A program made the position numbers and the translations under genes. A stretch of 64,000 bases of DNA from Patescibacteria group bacterium. Its GTDB lineage: Bacteria; Patescibacteriota; Minisyncoccia; Phycocordibacterales; UBA1550. Under the pieces are notes generated by a model that made no database searches, had not been told where the DNA came from, and saw only the letters and a program-made list of their open reading frames with translations. Below are positions 1 to 8,573 of this stretch, piece after piece; the first letter of the stretch is position 1, and every line of letters begins with the position of its first letter. Where the stretch lies: assembly GCA_038062675.1 (NCBI GenBank), contig JBBTWP010000004.1, positions 6,751 through 70,750 on the forward strand, in the 5' to 3' direction.

Positions 1-685
1 TCGCCTCGAAGATATCATGGGTGGTGGTTCTGGTGAGGAAGTGATGCGCGAGTACGAGGAGACGGTAGAGCGCGACGAATTCCTCGCGAAGGAGCTCGAA
101 GATTTGAAAGCGAGCGCAGATTCGCTCCGCGCCCTCATGCGCGAACTCGAAGAGACGCTCGATGGGCAGTTTAAGGAAGGTATACTCAAAATCAACACAC
201 AGTTTAGTGAATTTTTTGGTTTGATGTTTGGGGGCGGTTCAGCATCTCTCCAGATTGTGCGCGAGAAGAAAAAGAAACGCTCTGACACCGATATCGCAGA
301 GGGTCCTGAAGTGGACGACGAAGACGCCGAGGAGGGGATTGAGGTCAATATTTCGCTTCCCCACAAAAAAATTCGTGGACTCCAGATGCTTTCGGGTGGG
401 GAACGCGCACTCACCTCCATTGCACTTTTGTTTGCGGTGTCACAAGTGAACCCACCACCATTCCTCGTACTCGACGAGACCGACGCCGCCCTCGACGAAG
501 CAAACTCACGCAAGTATGGCGACATGATCGAAAATCTCGCAAAATACTCCCAGCTTATTGTCATCACCCACAATCGCGAAACCATGTCCCGCGCCGGCAT
601 CATTTACGGTGTCACTATGGGCTCTGATGCTATCTCCAAACTTCTCTCTATCAAGTTCGACGAAGCAGCACAAATGGCGAAATAG
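1..685 (+). CDS. smc: Chromosome segregation protein SMC, C-terminal fragment. The frame is open to the window edge, so the 5' end lies upstream.
   Basis: Signature LSGGERALTSIALLFAV and Walker B/D-loop LVLDETDAALDE in the C-terminal ABC-type head. No stop codon upstream of nt 17 in this frame. Confidence 0.8.
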   Translation, partial: RLEDIMGGGSGEEVMREYEETVERDEFLAKELEDLKASADSLRALMRELEETLDGQFKEGILKINTQFSEFFGLMFGGGSASLQIVREKKKKRSDTDIAEGPEVDDEDAEEGIEVNISLPHKKIRGLQMLSGGERALTSIALLFAVSQVNPPPFLVLDETDAALDEANSRKYGDMIENLAKYSQLIVITHNRETMSRAGIIYGVTMGSDAISKLLSIKFDEAAQMAK

Positions 686-755
686 AGGGAATCCAGATAA
701 ATTTGCGTTTTGTGTAAATTTGTGATATAATGTAAAAAGGTGTTACTTTGAGGAG

Positions 756-947
756 GTGGCTATGAATCTTGAATGTCTTACAACAGACGAGGGCTTGTTG
801 TGGCAACTTGCCGATTCGGCAAGAAAACCGCTTTCGCGTGCTGAGGTTCGAGCACAAAGAATCTCGTTTGTCTTTTCAATCGTCGGGCATCGTGGTGTCA
901 TGCGTGCTGATATCCAAAAAGTTCTTGCACAACAGGAGGGTATATAA
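756..947 (+). CDS. Hypothetical small protein (63 aa)
   Basis: ORF preceded by GAGGAGGTGG Shine-Dalgarno. Its stop overlaps the next ATG by 1 nt (TAATG). Confidence 0.35.
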   Translation: MAMNLECLTTDEGLLWQLADSARKPLSRAEVRAQRISFVFSIVGHRGVMRADIQKVLAQQEGI

Positions 948-1174
948 TGTCTGACCAAACGCTTCCCGTTTCAAATGGAATCAATCCCGATTTTGTTTCA
1001 CCCGATGGGTATGATTTGTGCGTGAATGTGAGATGTAAGGCGAAAACTCCGTACAAAACAACTTTTCCCATCGAAGCTCGGTTTTGGTATGTCGAAGGGA
1101 TGGGACAGTATTGCCGGAATTGTTGCCCGTCTGAATTAAAGCCTCAGCAAGAAGTTGTTCCGCCGAGTTGGTAG
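947..1174 (+). CDS. Hypothetical small Cys-rich protein (75 aa), possible zinc-ribbon-like
   Basis: CAGGAGGG Shine-Dalgarno 8 nt upstream. Five Cys residues (C-x4-C ... C-x2-CC). Translationally coupled to the preceding ORF and followed by a strong terminator. Confidence 0.35.
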   Translation: MSDQTLPVSNGINPDFVSPDGYDLCVNVRCKAKTPYKTTFPIEARFWYVEGMGQYCRNCCPSELKPQQEVVPPSW

Positions 1175-1187
1175 TTAATAAGACCCA

Positions 1188-1228
1188 AACCCCGCACGAT
1201 GCAATGTCGTGCGGGGTTCTTTTTTTTG
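1188..1228 (+). terminator. Rho-independent terminator
   Basis: AACCCCGCACGA / TCGTGCGGGGTT 12-bp stem with a TGCAATG loop, followed by CTTTTTTTTG. Confidence 0.8.
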
Positions 1229-3202
1229 TTATTTTTTTCCTTCAACGAGCTCGTAGTCGATACTCTTGCGTGCAAGATCGACTAATTTCACGCGAATTTT
1301 TACGGCGTCGCCCAAGGTGTAGCTTTTGCGGGTCTTTTTGCCCACGATGCGGTAGTTTTCTTTTTCAAAAACATAAAAATCGTCACCCAAATTTCCGATG
1401 CGCACAAGCCCTTCGCATTTTGTTTCATTTTCTTCTACAAAAATACCCCAATCGGTAACGCTTGAAATCTTTCCATCAAATGTTTGCCCCACGCGTTCGC
1501 TCATGTATTCGGCTTGCTTGAATTTGATGGATGCGCGCTCGGCATCAGAGGCAAGTTTTTCCATTTCTGATGAATGCAGAGAGAGTGCGCGGTACTCTTT
1601 CATTTCATCTTTTGAAACTTCTTCGCCAGCGAGATAGTGGGAAAGGAGGCGATGCACCATGACATCCGGATAGCGACGGATAGGGGAGGTGAAGTGTGTG
1701 TAGTGCTCGAATGCGAGCCCGTAGTGCCCGATATTTGCGGTGGAATAGGTTGCTTTTGCCATGGTGCGAATCGTCGCCGTGTGAAGCATGGATTCCTCCG
1801 GCTTGCCTTTGATGGCGGCGAGGAGCTTGTTGATATCCTGCCCAAGAACACGTCCTTCTTTGATGGGGAGCTTGTAGCCAAGACGACTCAAGAATATCGC
1901 CAAAGCACCCAAGCGTTCAGGTTTTGGCTCGTCGTGAATGCGGAACACAAAAATGTCATCATCTTTTTGCTTTTTGGAAACAAATTCGGCAACTTTTTTG
2001 TTGGCGAGAAGCATGAATTCTTCAATGAGTTTGTTGGTGTCTTGGGGTACTTTTTTGTAGACGCCGATAGGGCGTTTGTTTTCGTCCAAAATAAACTTTA
2101 CCTCATCGTGGGCAAAGGAAATCGTGCCGTGCGCCTTGTTTTCTTTCTCCAATTTTTTTCCGATAGTGTTGAGGGTGAGGAGTTCGGCGTGGAACATTCC
2201 TGCGCCATCGTCTAAAATTTTTTGCGCCTCTTCATAAGTGAAGCGTTTGTTTGAGTGAATGATGGTGCGCCCAAACCATTGGTCAGTAATCTTGGTGGGG
2301 GCTTTTGGGTCAGCAAGCGATTCTTTTGAAAAAGTAAATACGGCGGAAAAGGTGAGCTTGTCTTCTCCTTGATTCAACGAGCAGAGATCGTTAGAGAGGA
2401 CTTCAGGGAACATGGGAATGACACGGTCGACAAGATAGATGGAGGTGGCACGCCGACGTGCTTCCTCGTCGATTTCGGTGTGTGGCTTAACGTACGCATC
2501 TACGTCGGCAATATGAATACCTACCTCGATAGACCCATCGGGAAGTGTTTGGATAGAAAGCGCATCGTCGAAATCTTTTGCGTCGGCAGGGTCGATGGTA
2601 AATGTAGTTATTGTGCGGAAGTCGCGGCGTTTAGGTACTTCTTCTGCCAAGAGTTTTGGTGCGCGAGCTTTGATTTCGTGTGCCTCCTTTTCGATTTTCT
2701 CGGGAAGCTCCATGGGAAGCCCTTTGTCGAGTACGATGGCGCGAATTTCTGTTTCGTTTTCACCAACAGAGCCAATGATTTCGAGAATCTCCCCTTCAGG
2801 ATTTTTTTTCGGGTCGTCCCATTTAACAATACGCGCGAGCACCTTTTTCCCATCTGCCCCCTCGGGAACCTTGGTGGAGGGGATACGAATATCGACATAC
2901 ATGTGATGGTCTTGGGGCACAAGAAAATATGCATCGGTATCTTTTTCGAGCGTGCCGACAAAGCTCATTTTTGCGCGTTCAAGAATTTCAACTACTTCGC
3001 CCGTCTGTTGTGCTCCTTGTGTCTGAGGGTGAAGAAGAATCTTTACGCGGTCGTGTGAAAGGGCCGTGTTCAGGAACCCTGCCTCAATACGGATGTCATT
3101 TTCGCGAGGACTGTCAGCGCCGAGAGACACAAAACCGAGCCCTTTTCCAGTTGTAGTAATAACGCCTTCTTGGTGCCGACTAAGAGTCTTTTCTTTGTTC
3201 AT
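1229..3202 (-). CDS. rnr: Ribonuclease R (RNB-family 3'-5' exoribonuclease). An alternative upstream start at 3286 is possible.
   Basis: Cold-shock-like N-terminus GVITTTGKGLGFV. RNB catalytic motif HYGLAFEHYTHFTSPIRRYPDVMVHR. C-terminal S1 domain GKISSVTDWGIFVE. Confidence 0.8.
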   Translation of the reverse strand: MNKEKTLSRHQEGVITTTGKGLGFVSLGADSPRENDIRIEAGFLNTALSHDRVKILLHPQTQGAQQTGEVVEILERAKMSFVGTLEKDTDAYFLVPQDHHMYVDIRIPSTKVPEGADGKKVLARIVKWDDPKKNPEGEILEIIGSVGENETEIRAIVLDKGLPMELPEKIEKEAHEIKARAPKLLAEEVPKRRDFRTITTFTIDPADAKDFDDALSIQTLPDGSIEVGIHIADVDAYVKPHTEIDEEARRRATSIYLVDRVIPMFPEVLSNDLCSLNQGEDKLTFSAVFTFSKESLADPKAPTKITDQWFGRTIIHSNKRFTYEEAQKILDDGAGMFHAELLTLNTIGKKLEKENKAHGTISFAHDEVKFILDENKRPIGVYKKVPQDTNKLIEEFMLLANKKVAEFVSKKQKDDDIFVFRIHDEPKPERLGALAIFLSRLGYKLPIKEGRVLGQDINKLLAAIKGKPEESMLHTATIRTMAKATYSTANIGHYGLAFEHYTHFTSPIRRYPDVMVHRLLSHYLAGEEVSKDEMKEYRALSLHSSEMEKLASDAERASIKFKQAEYMSERVGQTFDGKISSVTDWGIFVEENETKCEGLVRIGNLGDDFYVFEKENYRIVGKKTRKSYTLGDAVKIRVKLVDLARKSIDYELVEGKK

Positions 3203-3307
3203 ATATTCAGCACACAATACCATAGAATTGTGTATTTTGCATGTTGTGGAGGGTTTTTTGCTTATTTGAGCCCTAAAAATTTGCATTTCTTTGCGACTTC
3301 TGGTAGG

Positions 3308-3670
3308 ATGCTTCTCATGTTAATGATTCGATTACAGCGCGTGGGAAGAAAGAACGATCCGTCGTTCCGCGTTATTGTTACTGATTCCAAATGGAAACCT
3401 AAAACGGGGAAATTCCTTGAAATTTTGGGTTCGTATGATGCGCGCAAGGGTGCGCCTGTTATCAACACTGAGCGCGCAAAACACTGGCTCTCTGTTGGTG
3501 CAAAAGCGTCAGGAACGGTACACAATCTCTTAATCAACCTCAAAGCGATTACTGGCAAGAAGGTGAATGTGTTGGGAAAGAAGACGCCTATTGCAAAAGA
3601 AGTAGTTGTGGAAGAGTCAAAAAAGGAGGAAGCACCAGTGGCAGAAGTTCCAGCTGAAGTAGTAGCGTAA
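3308..3670 (+). CDS. rpsP: 30S ribosomal protein S16
   Basis: MIRLQRVGRKNDPSFRVIVTDSKW... is a typical S16 N-terminus. Start chosen at an internal Met of the longer ORF. Basic/acidic C-terminal tail. Confidence 0.8.
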   Translation: MLLMLMIRLQRVGRKNDPSFRVIVTDSKWKPKTGKFLEILGSYDARKGAPVINTERAKHWLSVGAKASGTVHNLLINLKAITGKKVNVLGKKTPIAKEVVVEESKKEEAPVAEVPAEVVA

Positions 3671-3698
3671 TCAGAATAATCTTTTTGAGATTTAAAAA

Positions 3699-3731
3699 AC
3701 AGCCGACACAAAATGTGCCGGCTGTTTTAAT
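3699..3731 (+). terminator. Terminator after rpsP
   Basis: CAGCCGACACA / TGTGCCGGCTG stem followed by TTTTAAT. Confidence 0.55.
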
Positions 3732-3758
3732 GCAAGGCAGAAATTGCACTTTTCGATT

Positions 3759-3836
3759 CTGCGGAATCGTGTCGCGCAAGTCCGTTGGGCGCGACCGGCC
3801 TGCGGAATCGTGTCGCGCAAGTCCGTTGGGCGCGAC
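3759..3836 (-). repeat. Tandem dimer of a REP-like 37-nt hairpin unit (copies 3759-3795 and 3800-3836), in inverted orientation relative to 4291-4375
   Basis: CTGCGGAATCGTGTCGCGCAAGTCCGTTGGGCGCGAC repeated twice, 4 nt apart. Each unit holds an internal GTCGCGC/GCGCGAC hairpin. Confidence 0.8.
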
Positions 3837-3877
3837 TAAAAAATCCGTACCTTTGAAACGACACCTCAACCGAAGAA

Positions 3878-3907
3878 TTGCATAATTTAAAGTAACTATA
3901 GTATAAT
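3878..3907 (+). promoter_or_regulatory. Candidate sigma70 promoter for the KH-domain gene
   Basis: TTGCAT, an 18-nt spacer, then TATAAT, about 60 nt upstream of the ATG. Confidence 0.4.
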
Positions 3908-3969
3908 AAATATATTGTAAGAATAGTTGTCGAGAATATCACGGGCGATAAGATTTAGAATATACCAAT

Positions 3970-4281
3970 ATGACCCAAGAACCAGATGTAGTATTTCTTG
4001 AATACGTAGTAAAAGCACTTGTGGATCATCCCAGCGACGTGAGAGTTGGTCGTACTGTTGATGAAATGGGTGTACTTATTACACTCGATGTGAATCCGGG
4101 CGACATGGGTAAGATTATTGGTCGCACCGGCAACACCGCAAAGGCAATCCGCACGCTTCTTCGTGTGGTAGGAATGAAAAATAACGCTCGCGTGAATTTG
4201 AAAATCCATGAGCCCGAAGGTGGGAAGCCTGCATCGCCAACCAAGAGTGTTGACGAGGTGATCGATGGTTTGAAGGTATAG
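3970..4281 (+). CDS. KH-domain RNA-binding protein (YlqC/UPF0109 family)
   Basis: GKIIGRTGNTAKAIRTLL KH motif. Conserved position between rpsP and trmD. Confidence 0.8.
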   Translation: MTQEPDVVFLEYVVKALVDHPSDVRVGRTVDEMGVLITLDVNPGDMGKIIGRTGNTAKAIRTLLRVVGMKNNARVNLKIHEPEGGKPASPTKSVDEVIDGLKV

Positions 4282-4290
4282 TTTTTATTG

Positions 4291-4375
4291 CCCCCCCAAA
4301 GGACTTACGCGACGCGATTCCGCAGGTTCGTCGCGCCCAAAGGACTTACGCGACGCGATTCCGCAGAATCGAAAG
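4291..4375 (+). repeat. Tandem dimer of the REP-like unit (a partial copy at 4291-4326 and a full copy at 4329-4366 plus an AATCGAAA tail), inverted relative to 3759-3836
   Basis: GTCGCGCCCAAAGGACTTACGCGACGCGATTCCGCAG. About 90% identical to the reverse complement of the left cluster, including the flanking TTTCGATT. Confidence 0.8.
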
Positions 4376-4408
4376 CCCCGACATCTTTGATGTCGAGGCT
4401 TTTTCGTG
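4376..4408 (+). terminator. Hairpin plus T-run (terminator or attenuator) immediately upstream of trmD
   Basis: CGACATC-TTT-GATGTCG stem, then AGGCTTTTTCG. Confidence 0.35.
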
Positions 4409-4421
4409 TAGAGTGGTGAGT

Positions 4422-5111
4422 ATGACACGTTTTCATATCGTGAGCTTGTTTCCCGAGGTGTGTCGCTCGTACTGCGAAGCGTCGATTTTGGGGCGTGCGC
4501 AACAAGAAAAGCTCATCGAGGTTCTGTATGTGAACCCTCGTGACTTTGCGCGTGACAAACATCAAAAAGCGGACAATCGTCCGTACGGTGGCGGCCCCGG
4601 CATGGTTATGATTGCAGAACCACTTCTTTTGGCGCTTGAAAAGATCTCGAAAGACATTGCACGCAAAACCGCGCGCATGAAAAAACCCGCAAAAATAAAA
4701 ATCATTCTTTTTTCTCCTTCAGGAAAACAGTTTACGAATGTGTATGCAAAAAATTTGGTGACGAAGTATTCGGATATTGTGCTGATTGCTGGGCGCTACG
4801 AAGGCATTGATGCGCGTGTGAAAAAGATTTTCAAAGCAGAAGAAGTCTCGGTGGGGCCGTTTGTACTCACGGGCGGGGAAGTGCCTGCCATGGTGGTGGT
4901 GGATGCGTGCGCGCGACAGATTGAAGGGGTTTTGGGTGCCCATGAGTCTGTGGAGGAGCTTCGTCCACAAATAGGGCAGATGGCATCACCTGAGGTGTAC
5001 ACACGCCCCGAGGTACTTTCTTGGAAGGGTAAAAAGTACCGTGTTCCCAAAGTCCTTCTTGGTGGTGATCCAAAAAAAATAGAGGAGTGGAAGCAAAAGC
5101 AACAGGGATAA
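4422..5111 (+). CDS. trmD: tRNA (guanine37-N1)-methyltransferase
   Basis: RFHIVSLFPE, YGGGPGMVM and GRYEGIDARV motifs. GGTGAG Shine-Dalgarno. An alternative GTG start at 4413 is possible. Confidence 0.85.
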   Translation: MTRFHIVSLFPEVCRSYCEASILGRAQQEKLIEVLYVNPRDFARDKHQKADNRPYGGGPGMVMIAEPLLLALEKISKDIARKTARMKKPAKIKIILFSPSGKQFTNVYAKNLVTKYSDIVLIAGRYEGIDARVKKIFKAEEVSVGPFVLTGGEVPAMVVVDACARQIEGVLGAHESVEELRPQIGQMASPEVYTRPEVLSWKGKKYRVPKVLLGGDPKKIEEWKQKQQG

Positions 5112-5147
5112 CTCAAATAGTATTGTAAAATAAGGCTTAATTTCTAT

Positions 5148-5175
5148 TTGACAGGATTTTTGGGTCTGATATACT
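5148..5175 (+). promoter_or_regulatory. Candidate sigma70 promoter about 220 nt upstream of rpoB
   Basis: TTGACA, a 16-nt spacer, then TATACT. Confidence 0.45.
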
Positions 5176-5394
5176 GGCAAGTAACGGTATTTGATTGAGT
5201 TATTGGCGCACCGTGGGGAAAAATCAATATTACAAGGTCTTAATTTATGCTTCGAGTATAAATTAAAGAGTTCTACATACCCTTAGTTATCAAGAAGGTG
5301 GATATTCCATGCCTTTTTGTTTTTTGTCGTTTATGCGGCGGCATGCTAAGTGGTTTGAGAAGCTTACATAATTAAATACGGCGTCCCACAACCT

Positions 5395-8300
5395 ATGAGA
5401 GAGAAGAAATATTTTGCGCGATACAAGAAACCCCTCGTACCTTTGCCGAACCTCGTAGAGACACACCTCAAGTCATACCAATGGCTTATTGAGGAAGGTC
5501 TCAAAGATGCATTTAAAGAATTTTCTCCTATTAGAGATTACTCGGAAAAGAAGTTTGAATTTGAATTTTTGGGGATCGAGCTCTCGAAACCAAAATATGA
5601 TGAGTACTATGCGAAAGAAAATAAACTTTCCTACGAAGCACCTCTCAAGGCGCGCGTAAAGCTCATCAACAAAACATTTAAGAGCGAAAAAGAGCAAGAG
5701 ATCTTCATGGCGGATTTTCCTATGATGACTTCTCACGGAACGTTCATTGTGAACGGTGTTGAACGCGTGGTGGTCCCTCAGATCTCGCGTTCTTCTGGTG
5801 TGTCTTTTACGGTTGATGAAATAAAAGGCAAGAGATATTTTGGCGCAAAAATCATCCCAAGTCGCGGTGCGTGGATTGAAGTTGAGTCTGATCCTGATGG
5901 AGCAGTGTATGTGCGCATTGATAAGAAACGCAAATTCCCTGCGTCCGTGCTTTTGCGTGCTCTTGGTTTTCGTGACAATGATGCGATTTTGAAAGAATTT
6001 GCATCTGATGAGGCTGGAAAAAAAGCTATCGAAGGCACAATCGCCAAAGACACTCTCTTGACGGCAAATGAATCATATGTAGAAATTCACAAAAAACTCC
6101 GCGATGGTGATCTTGCTACGCCGGAGAACGCAAAAGAGTTTGTTGACTCTATTTTTGCAAAAGAAAAATATGATCTTTCTGAGGTTGGGCGTTTTAAATT
6201 CAATAAGCGTTTTGGACAAAGTCTTGAAAAAGGTGAAATCGCTCGTCGTACGGTAAATGCTCACGATGTGGCGCTCATAGTTCAACATATTGCAAAGTTG
6301 AACGCTACCCCAAGTGCGCTTCCTGACGACATTGACCACCTCGGTTCGCGTCGTATTCGTTCAGTAGGAGAAATGCTTCAGCAAAAGATTCGCGTTGGTA
6401 TGACGCAAATCAAGCGCAATATTCAAGATCGCATGTCGACCATCGATACTGATGCAACAATGCCAATGCAATTCATTAGTCCTCGCCCACTCCAGGCGCG
6501 TCTCAAGGAATTCTTTGCGACGAACCAGCTTTCGCAGTTCATGACGCAGTACAATATTTTGAGCGAGATTGAAAACCTCCGCACCTTTTCTGCGTTGGGG
6601 CCGGGAGGTCTTACCCGCGAGCGTGCAGGTATTGAAGTTCGCGACGTGCACTCGTCTCACTATGGTCGTTTGTGTCCTATCCACACTCCAGAAGGTCCGA
6701 ACATCGGCCTTATTCTCCGTCTCTCATGTTATGCGCGCATCAATGATTTCGGCATGATCGAAACACCATACGCAAAAGTAAAGAACGGGAAGATTACGAA
6801 AGAAATCGTGTACATGGATGCGCTCGAAGAAGAGCAATACAATATTGCGCACGGAGCAGCTCGTGTTGAGAACGATGCATTTGCTGAAGAGAAAGTTGAA
6901 GTTCGCCAGAAGGGTTATCCAAAACTGGTTGCACGAGACGATGTTCACTATGTGGATGTCGCCGCAAATCAGCCATTTTCAATCGCGACTTCAATGGTTC
7001 CTTTCTTGGAACACGACAATGCAAACCGCGCACTCATGGGTTCAAACATGCAGAAGCAAGCCATTCCTTGTGTTCGTCTTGAAGCTCCGCTTGTGGCAAC
7101 CGGCATGGAGGAGTCTGCGGCGCGCGATACTGGTCGCTTGGTGATTGCAGATGCAAACGGTACTATTACACATGCAGATGCTAAGAAGATTGTACTCAAA
7201 GATGAGAAGAACAAGGAGTACACTTACAATTTGGTAAACTTCTCTCGTACGAATGGTTTTACCGCATTCCATCAACGCCCCTCAGTTGTTCCGGGCGATA
7301 AGGTTAAAAAGGGGGACATCCTCGCTGACACATCATCGTCAGATCAGGGACAAATGGCACTTGGACAAAATGCACTTGTCGCGTTCATGACATGGGGTGG
7401 ATCAAACTACGAAGATGCCATTATTCTTTCGGAACGTCTTGTGAAGAACAGTAAGTTTACTTCGATTCACATGGATGAATTTGTTGTGAACGTGCGTGAC
7501 ACAAAGCTTGGGCCTGAAATTACAACTCACGACATTCCAAACGTCGGCGAAGCAAAACTCAAAGACCTCGACGAAGACGGAATCATTCGTGTTGGTGCCG
7601 AAGTGCACCCCGGAGATATTCTTGTGGGTAAAATTACTCCCAAAGGTGAAGCAGAACTCACATCGGAAGAGCGACTCCTCCGTTCGATTTTTGGTGAAAA
7701 AGCACGCGACGTAAAAGACACTTCACTTCGCATGGAACACGGCAAACGTGGTCGTATTGTGGGAGTCAAAGTATTCTCCCGCGAGAAGGGTGACAATCTT
7801 GAAAGTGGTATCATTAAACGTATTCACATCGAAGTTGCACAGGTCCGCAACATTTCCGTTGGAGATAAGCTTGCAGGACGTCACGGAAACAAAGGAGTTA
7901 TCTCCGTTATTCTTCCAGAAGAAGACATGCCTTACATGGCAGACGGTACGCCTATCGATGTTATTTTGACTCCGCTTGGTGTTCCTTCTCGTATGAACCT
8001 CGGACAGATTCTTGAGCTTCACTTGGGTCTTGCGGCACACACGCTTAACTATCAGGCAATCGTGCCTCCATTTATGGGTGCAACGGCTGAGGAGATTAAG
8101 GGCGAGCTCGTGAAGGCAGGATTCCGTGAGGATGGAAAGATGAAACTCTTTGACGGTCGTTCTGGTGAATCATTTGATCAGGATATTGCCGTAGGGTACA
8201 TGTACATTTTGAAATTGAACCACATGGTTGAAGACAAAATTCACATGCGTTCAATCGGGCCATACTCGCTCATCACACAGCAGCCACTCGGTGGTAAGGC

Positions 8301-8553
8301 GCAGGGTGGTGGACAGCGTTTCGGCGAAATGGAAGTGTGGGCGCTTGAAGGATACGGTGCCGCACACGTGCTTCGTGAAATGCTTACGGTGAAGTCGGAC
8401 GACATCTCTGGACGTTCGGGTGCGTTTGATGCGATTGTGAAAGGAAATGATGTTACAGAAACTCATGTCCCTGAATCATTCAACGTGCTCTTGAATTACC
8501 TCCGCGGACTTTTACTCGATGTACAGCTCGTAAAAAAGGGTGAAATTAAATAA
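5395..8553 (+). CDS. rpoB: DNA-directed RNA polymerase subunit beta (compact, 1052 aa)
   Basis: Full-length collinear RpoB motifs, for example GPGGLTRERAGIEVRDVHSSHYGR and GEMEVWALEGYGAAH. Confidence 0.95.
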   Translation: MREKKYFARYKKPLVPLPNLVETHLKSYQWLIEEGLKDAFKEFSPIRDYSEKKFEFEFLGIELSKPKYDEYYAKENKLSYEAPLKARVKLINKTFKSEKEQEIFMADFPMMTSHGTFIVNGVERVVVPQISRSSGVSFTVDEIKGKRYFGAKIIPSRGAWIEVESDPDGAVYVRIDKKRKFPASVLLRALGFRDNDAILKEFASDEAGKKAIEGTIAKDTLLTANESYVEIHKKLRDGDLATPENAKEFVDSIFAKEKYDLSEVGRFKFNKRFGQSLEKGEIARRTVNAHDVALIVQHIAKLNATPSALPDDIDHLGSRRIRSVGEMLQQKIRVGMTQIKRNIQDRMSTIDTDATMPMQFISPRPLQARLKEFFATNQLSQFMTQYNILSEIENLRTFSALGPGGLTRERAGIEVRDVHSSHYGRLCPIHTPEGPNIGLILRLSCYARINDFGMIETPYAKVKNGKITKEIVYMDALEEEQYNIAHGAARVENDAFAEEKVEVRQKGYPKLVARDDVHYVDVAANQPFSIATSMVPFLEHDNANRALMGSNMQKQAIPCVRLEAPLVATGMEESAARDTGRLVIADANGTITHADAKKIVLKDEKNKEYTYNLVNFSRTNGFTAFHQRPSVVPGDKVKKGDILADTSSSDQGQMALGQNALVAFMTWGGSNYEDAIILSERLVKNSKFTSIHMDEFVVNVRDTKLGPEITTHDIPNVGEAKLKDLDEDGIIRVGAEVHPGDILVGKITPKGEAELTSEERLLRSIFGEKARDVKDTSLRMEHGKRGRIVGVKVFSREKGDNLESGIIKRIHIEVAQVRNISVGDKLAGRHGNKGVISVILPEEDMPYMADGTPIDVILTPLGVPSRMNLGQILELHLGLAAHTLNYQAIVPPFMGATAEEIKGELVKAGFREDGKMKLFDGRSGESFDQDIAVGYMYILKLNHMVEDKIHMRSIGPYSLITQQPLGGKAQGGGQRFGEMEVWALEGYGAAHVLREMLTVKSDDISGRSGAFDAIVKGNDVTETHVPESFNVLLNYLRGLLLDVQLVKKGEIK

Positions 8554-8573
8554 GCTTAACGATACTAATCATT

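Noticed and set aside
1637-3058. Plus-strand ORFs of 192 aa and 229 aa
   Set aside because: They are antisense inside the RNase R gene, whose RNB and S1 motifs are unambiguous. No motifs or Shine-Dalgarno.
3759-3836. Possible CRISPR array
   Set aside because: Only two copies of a 37-nt unit, 4 nt apart. The unit is itself a hairpin and recurs inverted at 4291-4375 and 15392. This is REP-like, not repeat-spacer architecture, and there are no cas genes.
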